Below are positions 30,055-41,200 of a DNA stretch of 64,000 nucleotides, one piece after another. Within the stretch, counting starts at the first letter, position 1. The number at the start of each line of letters is the position of its first letter. The notes beneath the pieces are model-generated. The model worked only from the letters and a program-made list of their open reading frames with translations, ran no database searches and was not told the origin of the DNA. The position numbers and the translations under genes are program-made. Location: NCBI GenBank assembly GCA_965208325.1, contig OZ242326.1, positions 3,680,001 through 3,744,000 of the forward strand. The letters run 5' to 3'. Source of the stretch: Candidatus Poribacteria bacterium. Lineage in GTDB: Bacteria; Poribacteria; WGA-4E; PCPOR2b.

Positions 30055-32658
30055 GTGGGCAAGACGGCGATATTGAACGGAGAGGTAAAGAGTCTTTCGA
30101 CGATCGGCTTTTTAAGCGTTTTCCGCAACCATAGACTCCCGTGTAGTGTCCCGCCGGTGAGACGTGTGCCTTACCTTTCACGGCTTGCCGGACAGAAGCC
30201 GGCCCAAAATGCCGAATGTCCCGTACAAGGAGTACCGGCCGTGAGGAACAAGTACCAAGACCAAGTGTTTGGATTTTCAGCGGACGGCAGCCCAGAGGAT
30301 AGAGCAACCGTCGAGCCCAACGCCGATATCGCCTGTAACTGGTGGCCGGACATCACAAATGTTTGGACGCCTATTGGGTGGCCTGATCATCTGTTCCGGT
30401 TCAATGTTGTCTATGACGGTGCAATCGTCGCCCATCCGATAGTGAGCCCTGTGGGCCAGTTGAAACCGCATGTCAAACCGTATGCCGGTCAGGGGGTGCA
30501 ACTCACCTTTGTACCATCACCCTCTCCATATTTGGGATTGGGAGCGATAAATCTCTCCACACATGGATATGCAGAAACGACGTTCCCCTATGCCGGCAGA
30601 GTGCCCCGAATCGGCAACCAGGGCTGGAACGAAACGCCAGCTCCGATTCTGTGGAGCGAATGGAGGCGTGAAGGGCTGGTGCTGCGCAAAGAAATCTTTG
30701 GCCACGTTGCCGGTGGTGGAGAGGTGGAGACAGGGATTGAACCGCTCTTCGGTTGGATTCGCTTGTCGATTCACGATGTGGTAGATAGGTGCTCGTTTGA
30801 CGCATACGGTTTTCAGATTATCATCAATGCTTGCCATACCTTTTCCGGAGAAGGAGGTGGGGTGCTCCACGTTAATCCGCAACAGCTAGCTTATCCTCGA
30901 GAACTGAGGATGGAGCTGTCCGGTGATGAGGAAGAGCGAGGTATCAGGCTGGTTGAGCCCGACGGGAGAATCCGCCTGGCTGTAGCCAGTGGGCAGAATT
31001 GTAATATCCGCTTTCTACCGAAGGATGAGAGTGACGCATCCAATTTACTCTTTGTGAGCATGCCGGCGCAGAAAGGCGCGCATCTGGATTTGCTCTTGCC
31101 ATTCCTGCCCGCGGATCCAATCGATTTTGCCGCTGAAATAAACCTCGGTTACGATAGCGCCCTTGAGCAGAGCAATGGGTACTGGTCTAACGTTCCTGCT
31201 ACTGCGGCAGAAATCGCAACTCCCGAGAAGCTCGTGAACGGCGCCATTGAGCACAGTGTGAAGTTTGTGAAGCTATGTACGGAGACGAATCCCACGACCG
31301 GGCGAAGTACCTTCCTCACCGGTACGCTGAACTACGAGCAGCTCTGGCCTACCTCGACATCACTCTACGTCCACATGCTGCTCGACATGATGGGCTATCA
31401 CGAGTTTGTGGCAGAACATCTAGAGATTCTCAAGGAATCGCAGGGGGCGCGCATGCCGCCGGGCACCGGAAGAGCTGATGCGGAGGATGCCGTCAACTAC
31501 TACGATTCCCATCCGGGCTACTTGTGCGCTCCGGAAAGTGTTGCCGTCATTGACTGGATGTCCGACCATGGAGCAATCCTCTATACGGTTTGCAATCATG
31601 GACTCCTGACATCCGACCAGGAATTCATCAATTGCTGGCTTCAGGCAATTCTGAAGGCATGCGAGTTCATTCTTGATGCCCGTAAGATTACCGGACACGG
31701 CGGCGTGGCAGGACTTTTGCCCATGGGCGTCGACTCGGATAGTCAGCGCCAGATGCAATCTGTATGGGCAGACGGTTGGTGTTATCTGGGCCTCGCTACT
31801 GCCGTGCGCTTACTACGAAGGATTGGGCATCGCCGCACAGAGGAATTCTTCGAAGAAGCGGAGAATTACAAAGATGTTTTTGTCAAAGCGATAAGCGGGC
31901 ACACAGAGAGAAACCCGGTTTGGACCGACAGCACGGGTCAAGCACACCACTACGTTCCGGGCGCATTTGCCGGCGCCGCACCCCGTTTCGACGAGATGAT
32001 TTATCTTGATACCGGCCCGCTTTTTGCGGTCTTTGCAGGGCTGATGGAGGCAGACGATCCGCTCATGCAGTCTACGTGCCAGTTCTTTCGTGAGCGACAC
32101 GGGGTCGATCTGTACCGTGGATACTATACCAAGCACCCTTGCCTAATTCACGAAATCTCTACATGCGAGCCTTGTTACAGTTGGAATATATTCCATTCGC
32201 ATCGACTAAATGATCGGTACAGGTATTTGGAGGGCATGTACAGTCTGTTTGCCGGCGGCCTATCGCGCCAGACCTATATCTCCTGCGAAATGCGCGGCGG
32301 AGTCACTGGCAACGTATTCTCAGCGGCGCCTGCGGCATATTTAGCAAGGCTGGCTGTGATTGACGATCTTCTGAAACCTGATGAGGAGTTACATCTTCTG
32401 CGATTGTGTCCTTTGGCTTGGCTGAAAGAAGGCGAGCAAACTCGGTTCGTGAATATGCCAACGACGTTTGGCCCCCTGACGCTGATATTCCAGTTGTTGG
32501 AGAATGGCACAAGTCTAGAGGTGTCGTTTGTTCCGCGCTTCAGATATAAACCTAAGCGCGTCATTCTCCATGTTCCGCCGAAGGCAGGGATTTCCAATGT
32601 CATCCTCAACGGTCAGATATTCGAAACAAGGACGGGCGAGACGCTGAAGATTTCATGA
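30055..32658 (+). CDS. Large protein with probable (alpha/alpha)6 glycoside hydrolase-like domain; start uncertain
   Basis: 867-aa ORF; YEQLWP, GLLP, 'W..GL..A..L' helices and a C-terminal LLRLCP..PTTFG segment typical of six-hairpin glycosidases. Confidence 0.55.
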   Translation: MGKTAILNGEVKSLSTIGFLSVFRNHRLPCSVPPVRRVPYLSRLAGQKPAQNAECPVQGVPAVRNKYQDQVFGFSADGSPEDRATVEPNADIACNWWPDITNVWTPIGWPDHLFRFNVVYDGAIVAHPIVSPVGQLKPHVKPYAGQGVQLTFVPSPSPYLGLGAINLSTHGYAETTFPYAGRVPRIGNQGWNETPAPILWSEWRREGLVLRKEIFGHVAGGGEVETGIEPLFGWIRLSIHDVVDRCSFDAYGFQIIINACHTFSGEGGGVLHVNPQQLAYPRELRMELSGDEEERGIRLVEPDGRIRLAVASGQNCNIRFLPKDESDASNLLFVSMPAQKGAHLDLLLPFLPADPIDFAAEINLGYDSALEQSNGYWSNVPATAAEIATPEKLVNGAIEHSVKFVKLCTETNPTTGRSTFLTGTLNYEQLWPTSTSLYVHMLLDMMGYHEFVAEHLEILKESQGARMPPGTGRADAEDAVNYYDSHPGYLCAPESVAVIDWMSDHGAILYTVCNHGLLTSDQEFINCWLQAILKACEFILDARKITGHGGVAGLLPMGVDSDSQRQMQSVWADGWCYLGLATAVRLLRRIGHRRTEEFFEEAENYKDVFVKAISGHTERNPVWTDSTGQAHHYVPGAFAGAAPRFDEMIYLDTGPLFAVFAGLMEADDPLMQSTCQFFRERHGVDLYRGYYTKHPCLIHEISTCEPCYSWNIFHSHRLNDRYRYLEGMYSLFAGGLSRQTYISCEMRGGVTGNVFSAAPAAYLARLAVIDDLLKPDEELHLLRLCPLAWLKEGEQTRFVNMPTTFGPLTLIFQLLENGTSLEVSFVPRFRYKPKRVILHVPPKAGISNVILNGQIFETRTGETLKIS

Positions 32659-32799
32659 AGGTCAATCGGCGTTTTGGTGTAGAGTTTGGCTCCGGCTAAT
32701 TCTGTGTAAAGAGAGAGCAAATTCAGTCATTGCGCACGGTCGTTTGAAGCAATTGGAATAGGACAAATAGACTAAATAGGCAACACATTCATCTCCCCA

Positions 32800-34227
32800 A
32801 TGTTCAATTTATCAGCCCCCCATCCATACATTCCATCCAAACTAAATAAATTGCATTTGTTGCTGATTCCAATCCTCCTGGTAGGAATCCTTCTGCGTTT
32901 CTACCATTTAGGTACTTGGAGTTTCTGGGTTGATGAGGTGCTCACGGTACTTGATGCGAAACGAATTTCAATGGAACAATTCCGAATCAACGCGATTCCT
33001 TATCTAGCTGTTAAATTCTCAATGTCGATTGCAGGTGAAAACGAATGGGGGGCGCGTCTCATCCCTTGCATCGTGGGAATCGTTTCAATCCTGCTTGTTT
33101 TCATGATTGGCAGGTCCCTATTTAATCAGCGAGTTGGAATCTTTGCTTCGACATTCGTGGCATTTTCAAGTTGGCACCTATTATGGTCCCAGAATGCCCG
33201 CCATTATATTTTCACTTTTTTTTTCGGTGCATTGGCTGCGTGGACATTTTTTCTCGCTTTGGAAAGGAATCGACTCCGTCTATTAGTCGTCTCACTCGGC
33301 GCTACCATTCTACTTATCCTGTGTCACATGCCTTCGGGGTTGATTGTACCCGCATTTGCGGGATACGTGGTCGGGTTTTGGCGAGGCAAAATATTTCCAG
33401 AACAACCTGCTGGCTTACGACTTCGAAACCTAGTAATTTTCTTCCTCCCACTTGGGGCACCCCTACTCTTACTCGCTCTCCCTAGCTTTCGTGACGCTTT
33501 ATTCTCAGGTTGGGGGTTGAACGAATGGGCTCGGAGTCCGTTTTATATCCTTTTTACGGTCGTCCACGGATTAAGTGTACCGGTGGCGGTTGCAGCATTC
33601 TTCACCGCGTTAACTCGTCCCATGAATCGCGGCATGTGGTTCCTGATTTGCTACGCGGGCATACCATTCATTCTGCTGTTAATTGCTTCACAACTGTTAA
33701 ATGTTGCGGGTTACTACATTTTTTTCACCGCCCCTGCTTACTTTCTCCTAGCGGCAATCGGGTGTGACCGAATCTGGGCGGCAAAGCATAATCCGATAAT
33801 GCTCCGTTGTATCTTGCCTGGTGTGATTATCATTACAATGCTGTCTCAGGTCTATATTTACTTCCATGTTGAGAATGGAGGACGTGCGAAATGGCGTGAG
33901 GCATTCTCAACAATCCAGTTGGACTTGCGTGCAGGCGATCTTGTTGTGGCTTCGATTCCGCAGGTAGGCGAACACTATCTTCGTGAAGGGGAGACAATCG
34001 CGTTAGAGGGAGTGATGGATGACATTGACAGGTTTGAGCAGATGTGGAAATCGAAGGGGCAGCGGGTGTGGTTCGTGCTTGATGCGGTCACTTTGAATGT
34101 GTTGGATGCGGACGAGCAATTTCAGAGGCGGGTACGCCGGCAATCAAGGCTAATTCGCACGCATCCAGTCTCTGCCAGAGCCAAGAACCGCACGATTAAC
34201 GTATACTTAGCCGATTTTCAAAAATAA
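32800..34227 (+). CDS. GT-C fold membrane glycosyltransferase (PMT_2/ArnT-like)
   Basis: LRFYHLG..SFWVDE, E(WGA)RL, SQNARHY and multiple TM helices. Confidence 0.85.
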   Translation: MFNLSAPHPYIPSKLNKLHLLLIPILLVGILLRFYHLGTWSFWVDEVLTVLDAKRISMEQFRINAIPYLAVKFSMSIAGENEWGARLIPCIVGIVSILLVFMIGRSLFNQRVGIFASTFVAFSSWHLLWSQNARHYIFTFFFGALAAWTFFLALERNRLRLLVVSLGATILLILCHMPSGLIVPAFAGYVVGFWRGKIFPEQPAGLRLRNLVIFFLPLGAPLLLLALPSFRDALFSGWGLNEWARSPFYILFTVVHGLSVPVAVAAFFTALTRPMNRGMWFLICYAGIPFILLLIASQLLNVAGYYIFFTAPAYFLLAAIGCDRIWAAKHNPIMLRCILPGVIIITMLSQVYIYFHVENGGRAKWREAFSTIQLDLRAGDLVVASIPQVGEHYLREGETIALEGVMDDIDRFEQMWKSKGQRVWFVLDAVTLNVLDADEQFQRRVRRQSRLIRTHPVSARAKNRTINVYLADFQK

Positions 34228-34309
34228 AATCCATGATTCAGTTTGTAGGCGAAGCAAGAACAGGTATTTCGAAACAACTCGGTTTTGTATGGCCGCACCA
34301 CCGTACATT

Positions 34310-35164
34310 TCAAGCACGTCGCGTTGTTTCCCGGTTTGAGAGGCGATGCAACAACGCCCGCCACCGAATTAGGAGATAAGAGGAGAAGCGAATCCAACTA
34401 TAATTCTTGGAAATTCTTCCTACTTGAGGTACCTCGTCGAAAGCGCCGTTATGACGATATAAGGCGTCCAGAGCTTGTTTCATGTCTGGCAAACCGTGCA
34501 CAAGCGCCAGATGCCCCACAAACCGCCAATAAAACCCGAATTTATCAGCGTCAGGGAAGCTGCCTTGACATAGAATTGGCCCCGAATCAATTCCTTCATC
34601 AATCTTGAGCAAGGTATAACCTACGTATTCAGGTTTTCCATGTAGAAGTGCCCAGCCGACTGTGTAAAGCCCCCTATATTCGGGCGTTATCCCTTCATGT
34701 ATCACAAACATACCGAACTTCGGAATGTTGAACAATTTTGGCTTAAAGATTGTGCGCGTACATGTCCCTAATATTATGTCGGGCGCGATTTCTTTAATCT
34801 TCTTCAACCAAGAAACTTTATGAATGTTATCGCAGGAGTAGCAAGGTTTATCAAAGGTAGAATTCGTGCCGAACTGTTCTGTCAGTTGCCTTGTCCATAG
34901 CCGATTTTCCTCCTTCCCATACCGTAGCGTATAAAAACCAAAAAACAACAACTCGTCAAGCGTGCGGAGTAAACCAAGGCGCCTTATTCTTTTTTTCACT
35001 TCCTTCATACGCGCTTTGCGAGACGACCATTCCTCTTCTATGAAGAATGCGGCGCAGAACGTATAGTTCTCGTCCAGCCAATCGATAATCCCCATGTTAA
35101 CACCGGTTCTGCGCCCCACAAAGACTACCTTCATTCCCTTTGGATCTAGTTTATTCATAATCAC
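34310..35164 (-). CDS. Formyltransferase-domain protein
   Basis: IHEGITPEYRG..GYTLLKIDEGIDSGPIL. Confidence 0.8.
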   Translation of the reverse strand: MIMNKLDPKGMKVVFVGRRTGVNMGIIDWLDENYTFCAAFFIEEEWSSRKARMKEVKKRIRRLGLLRTLDELLFFGFYTLRYGKEENRLWTRQLTEQFGTNSTFDKPCYSCDNIHKVSWLKKIKEIAPDIILGTCTRTIFKPKLFNIPKFGMFVIHEGITPEYRGLYTVGWALLHGKPEYVGYTLLKIDEGIDSGPILCQGSFPDADKFGFYWRFVGHLALVHGLPDMKQALDALYRHNGAFDEVPQVGRISKNYSWIRFSSYLLIRWRALLHRLSNRETTRRA

Positions 35165-35226
35165 GCCTCAATCGTCACACCTACAGTTTTTGCTGCCGAA
35201 AATCGGGCATTTTTCTCACGATACCG

Positions 35227-38200
35227 TTAACGCAGGATTGCTAGTTTTCCAATTTTCTCAATCTTCCGATCGTCTGGATCAACAATCACTTTGTAAAAAT
35301 ATGTGCCGTTTGCAAGACGCACTCCATTTTCATCGCGCACATCCCAATGGGTTTCATTATAGTGTCGTCTGGAAGATGCGTCCTCAAGTGTGCGCACAAG
35401 TCTGCCATTAACTGTATAAATTTTGATTGTCACCTGATTTGGAGGTTGTACGAGATTATAGGTGAATGCGGTGTTTGTCCGCACTGGATTCGGCGCGTTC
35501 AACACGTCTGAGATTTCCACCGGTTCGTCGAGTCGGAACCGGTAAGACGGTGACGCGGCAGAATTTTCACTCTCGTCCGCAGCGAGAGCTTGAATTTGGT
35601 AATCACCGTTGACCAAATCTGGTTCAAAGGAGATTCGGGCGTAGGCTGGCTGGTTCGCATCGAATTCAAAGTCGTAACTTTCTACTGCCAATGGGATGGG
35701 CAGGCTTTCCCATTCGCTAAAAAGAAGTTGGACCGTCCCCGGGTCAATTTTGTCGTTATCGGCAATCTGCACCTCAAACTGCGGCTGTTCTCGCAAGACG
35801 ACGCCATCCGTTAATATCGCGCCGTTGACCAAAATATCAATTGTTGGGGAATTCAAATCCGGATCCTTCTCGACGAAGAACAAAAATTCGCGAAGTCCGC
35901 CTTTGCCGCCAAGCTCATTTCCGTTCAGGTCATTGAACCAGATTCTGAATAGATAGCGGCCGATAAAGAGGATAGGTTTGTAATAAATGCCAACCGTAGT
36001 CACTGGCCCTTCACTGGTAATATTGAAGTCCTTAATTTTCTTAAACGTCTTAAAATCTTTACTCACCGCGAATACGAAGCTATCCATATCAACGCCATTT
36101 TCATCCTCCAAAAACAGTGAAATCTCAGGACGGGGCGAAATTACGCTCTCGGGCTTGGGTATTTCGCCATTTACCCAAAGTTGAAGTCTTGGAGCAGTTT
36201 GATCGGAATTCAATATAAGTGCGACCGTAGTGAGCTCCTTTATCTCCGCTGATATGACTCCCACCGTCGAAGTGCTGAACTTGATTTTATCTCCATATTC
36301 ATAAGGCTTATCACCTGTATTGACAAGCAATTCAATGCCTAAATCACTGAGGATTAGCGGCCTATTGACCTCACCTCGAACGGGTGCACCGCTCGGATAT
36401 CGAACCAGTTCGTTAAATCTGTTGCGAATCTCAAATTGCCTGCTGTTGCTGAAAAAGAGGAGCCAATTGCCGATCTCAAATAGATTCTCCGGGCCGCCGT
36501 ACACACTGACATGCGCGGTTCCATTGCCGGCATTAGCATTTCGGGGGGAAGTAAAGCGCGCTGCACCTTCCACGGTCTGTGTTTCAAACGTCAGAATGTC
36601 TCCAAATTCAAAGATTTGATTTCTGCCCAAGGCGTCCGTTTTTCCACGGGGAATATTGAACTCAATTCCGAGGATTTCATCTCTAAATGATTTATCCAAA
36701 TGGCCAGTTTGACCCAACTTTTCGATTTCACTTTTTCCATTTCTCCGCAGCAGCACCTCATATCGGTCCGCGTCGAGGAAAAAAACTACCCATTTCCCTT
36801 CAGGCGTAAGGTTAGGGTCAACACGGACATCAGATGCCCGCAACTGTTGAACACTTGCATTTTCAACTACCGGAGGTGTTACAAACCTTTCTTGAATAAA
36901 ACCGCCGTCGCTATCGCGTGGAATTTCAGAGGGGAGTCTTTCCCATGCTTTAATTTTATCCTGCCAGGCGTAGATTGCGAGTCCGCTTGCCTCCCTATCC
37001 AAGAGGCGATTGAATCCGTCATCATCGAGAGCAAGGTTATATTTTTTTTGTACGTGGTTTTCCAACGTATTCAGGTCAAATCGCAGTTTGATTTCTGCCG
37101 GTTTGACTAGTTGGTTTGTGTCCGAGTGCAGTTCAATTTTGTAGGCTCGCGCACCGGTCTGGACATCTTGGCTTTGCGATGACACCGCACTTGGAATGGG
37201 AAGTTGTATTAGAGACAGATCGGGCTGGAATGAGACCGGCGGCTCAACGGTATCAATTGAGAGCGTTGTTGGTTCTGATGCGCCAATTGGAAAAAAGGCG
37301 TCAAAAATCCGATCTAGGCTAAATGCAGTCAGCGTTTCATTGGCTTTCAAACTGAATTCGTTGACGACAAATGAGTTAAAACCCTTGTTGTCGAAAGATC
37401 TTGGTTCATCGAGTTTTCCGACGATTTCATCCGTATGATCGTCGTCTTCGTCCTCTGGGTCGGCAAAAACATAAACCTTGTGGAATCCTGTCGAGAGCGG
37501 TTCCTCCAAAATTAAAGTTGCAGTGACTACTTGAAGGTCAATCGCTCCAGGTTTCCATTGTTCTGGTCGAATTATAGTATGTCCGAAAACCATTACGTCC
37601 GCATCAATCTCGTGGTCATTGTTCCAATCCGGATTCCCTTCCGTAAACCAGACCTCTATATCTGTGTCGACCGGTTGGCCGCCATTATTGACAAGGTCCG
37701 CGCTCAACGTGAATGCTTTGAGTTCCTTTGAGAAACCGTATCGAATAGCTGTGACTTTAGATGCCATTGATGCGATAGCGATGTTTGCGCCTTCGGGTAC
37801 TTTAATTGATGTCCTTTCGCTTCGACTGACGTTGTTAGTGCTGTCCGTTACTACTATCTGATAACGCACCACTTTTCCTCTTTTCGGTAGAGGAATTGGC
37901 GTCTGGAGTTCATACCACACGCCGCTTGGCACAGTAGATTCCGGAGGTGTCGGATCGGGTACCATCGGAGCAGTCTGTTCTTTGAAATCGACCGTATTAC
38001 TCCAGATGACCTTGACGGATTTGATGCCAGCAATCCCTTCATTATCCACAATCTGTGCAGAGAGGTTTAGGGTTTGCGTTACTTTATCATCCATGACTTC
38101 GCGCACATCATGGATAATCGGTTGATACATCCAAAACTTCGTGCCGCCAATAGCCGCGTGCTGATTGTCGAAAGCAAAGAGCCGTACAATCCCTTGCCCG

Positions 38201-41200
38201 GATTTAGCATCCTGAGGTATGGGGATTTGAATTTCCCCAAACTCACCCTGCCAGACTTGAATTCGACTACGTTGTCTTGGATTGTCGTTGGCAGTGTCAG
38301 CATCCAAATCATTTGCAAATAGTGCCAGTGCAGACATGGAGCCGGTATTAAAATCGGTTGCTGTGGTAAATTCGATTTTCCCGGTCGCCGTGGAAGATTG
38401 ACGGCGCCCTACGCGGTTGGGAAGAATCACTATTTTCTTGTCCGGATCAAGCGCAATTTCCTCCAATTCAACTGCAATCTCTAAATCCGGTACGGCAAGC
38501 CGAGTCGCCGGATCGCCAAAAAGGGTGTATTGTTCTGCCCCCGGGATCCAGAGTTCGAAAGATTTCATTATAAATTGTGTTTTCGCATCGGCAATAATTG
38601 CGCCAAGTGTCGGCGGTTTAATCTCGAACATTGAAGTGAAGAGATCTTTATCGAAAACAGCATTGGCAGATCCGAATGTCTTTCGAGTTGCACTCAAGGT
38701 GGCAACCGCGCCGTACCTTCCCATCATGAATTGCTCGCTCAAGCTGCGATGTCCGAACGGCTCGGGTCTATCAAAAAGGCCGTTGTTGCATGTCGTCGTA
38801 ACTATGAATGGAAGACGACGGTTTTGCAACTGCTGTGCATTCACAATTCGGAAAATTCCTTCATCCGCCCAAGTGTGAGCCCCGCCATGCCCCGCATATT
38901 CGGCGATTAGGACGCCATCATCGAATGTATTGAGAATGGTGCGTTTCGTGACTTCCGGACTCACAATTTGTCCTAAATAGACCTTCCGTGTATCGAATGC
39001 AACGGGAATAGTCTCCTGAATAAGCTCTTCACGGCTGCGCTCGAATATGTCATCCGTCGCATGATCGACATTATTATCAGCGATCTGCATCAGTCGTCCC
39101 TGCCAGGGCCCTGCTTCAAGTTTTTCTTCATAGTCAATAATTTTTCTTATCATGGTACTCAATTCATGAGGACGCTGAACGGATAAACGCCCAATGAACA
39201 TGTCCGGCAGCGTATCGTCGCCACTTATTGTGACAAAACGATGATCCATGGCGGTTTCACCGCCCTCCGGCGACCATCCATGAAGTGTCGGCACAAAGAT
39301 TGGGTAGAGATCGAAACTTCTCCCATCCAACTTCCTCGCCTCGACCGTTGCGCTCTTGTGGTCCCAATGGGCATCCCCAACCAAGAGTACATAGGTAGGC
39401 GCAGGCTTTTGCCAACTCGTGTAGGCGTACCGCAGGAATTTCTGAATTGCTAAGGGGTTAAAAATCCCGTTACTAAACTGGTCGTAAATCGTCTCAACAT
39501 CAACGACCATTAACGACAATCCTTGCGATTGGCGAAACTCAACTAAAGGTTTGACGGTCTCAATAAAGTCTTTGTGCGAAATTATAATATAATCGGCTTG
39601 ATTAGCGGGATTTCTCAAGGCAGAGGGCTGGGCTGGCAAGATTTGAGTTGGCCGCGAATAGCGGTTGTTTTCAACTAAAAAGTAACTTGACGGCTGGGTG
39701 AGGTTGTCTTCGAAAATCAATTCATGACTTGCGCCAATCTGGTCTACTTGTCCATTTACAAGCTTTGAGACGATGCTTCCGCCGATAATCTTATACACGT
39801 CAACCGCTGCACGACGCAGATTTTTCACTCGGTATTGCACGGTTCCATGTACTCGCGGTACTGTGTCCGAATTGAACTCAAGTCTTCCTCCCGATGCCTC
39901 AAACGCATGCCAGTAGTCTAATTCAAACCAGTCCAAGTAAAAATCAAAATTATTTTCCCGGGGAGGTCTGGGTGGTTTGTCTTCAGCAATAATAGTTAGA
40001 AAATTGGGTGAATCTCGATGAATAAACTCGTGCTGCTTAATGTCGCGGACAATGACTGGAGCGGCTTGTTTTCTCCATTCAGCCACACGTCCTTGTTGTA
40101 CATTGTTGAACATGATGCGAGCACGGTGTTCAGCGTTATTTTTTCTTTCGCCGCCTTGAAGCCTAATGCGCAGTTCTGCATCCCGTTCAATGAGACCGCG
40201 TGGAATTGCGCGGGGAACATCAATTCGGAAAGTTTTCTCTCTGAGATTTCTATTATGACTCTCGTTAATCAACCCTTGCCAAAAATAGTGATCAGCAAAA
40301 TCGGATTTAACCTCAATGAGCGCATCATGCAGGTAATCTTTTTCAAAATGTTCTGTCTTCTTGAATGCGATGGGTATGGGTGAATCCGGCGTTTTGGGAA
40401 CTGCATCCTGTTCACTTACTCTCAAGCCGCCGGTGCTTCCCCAATAGAGCCAGTAGATGTTTTCATTCGTAAACTTATTGCCAATCAGTGCTTGTCCGTA
40501 AAAAACAATCGAATCACCTAAATCAAATTCCCCATTGTCGTCTTTGTCGAAAATATAGATACCAACTTGTCTTCCGCCATTCTCCATAGTAACTGAATCG
40601 AGATCGATTGATGCAGGATTCACTCCAAATCGCTTGAGTGTATTAAAAGTCACTTGGTAGAGGTCTGACCGAGTAATTGGGATTTTGTATCGCTGTTGAT
40701 GACTACTTTGAGCAGCCGGGGCTGCCAATACACGTTGCTCTAAACTGTTGAAGTTCTGCCGCCATGCTTTTGCTTGGTTATAATTTAGCAAATTTTTCTG
40801 AAAGAGCTGCTCAAAGGGTTGGGAGGTAGAAGTGGTGAATTGATTCGCGGCGGGCGCCATTGGCGCAATTGGTGTACGGTGGGGGGAATGGAATTCAATC
40901 CGGACTTGCAGCTCGTTATGGATTTTGAGTTGCCCGTTAACAGGATTATACTGAACTGGTTGAATCTGCAGTCGAGCAACGCGCTGCTCCCGGATAAATC
41001 CGAGTGGGACGACTTCGACGAGTTTACCCGGATGAAAGGCGTTTCTTCGCTGATAAAAGCTAGTATCCATATCAATTGCCGATTTTTGATGGTTGAGCGC
41101 CGGTCGTTGGGCGGGGGCAATAGGCTTCGATTGGCGTATTTCGGATTGAGAACTCATAACACTTGCATACGGCGAGCCGCCGTGAGGAATACCAATCAGT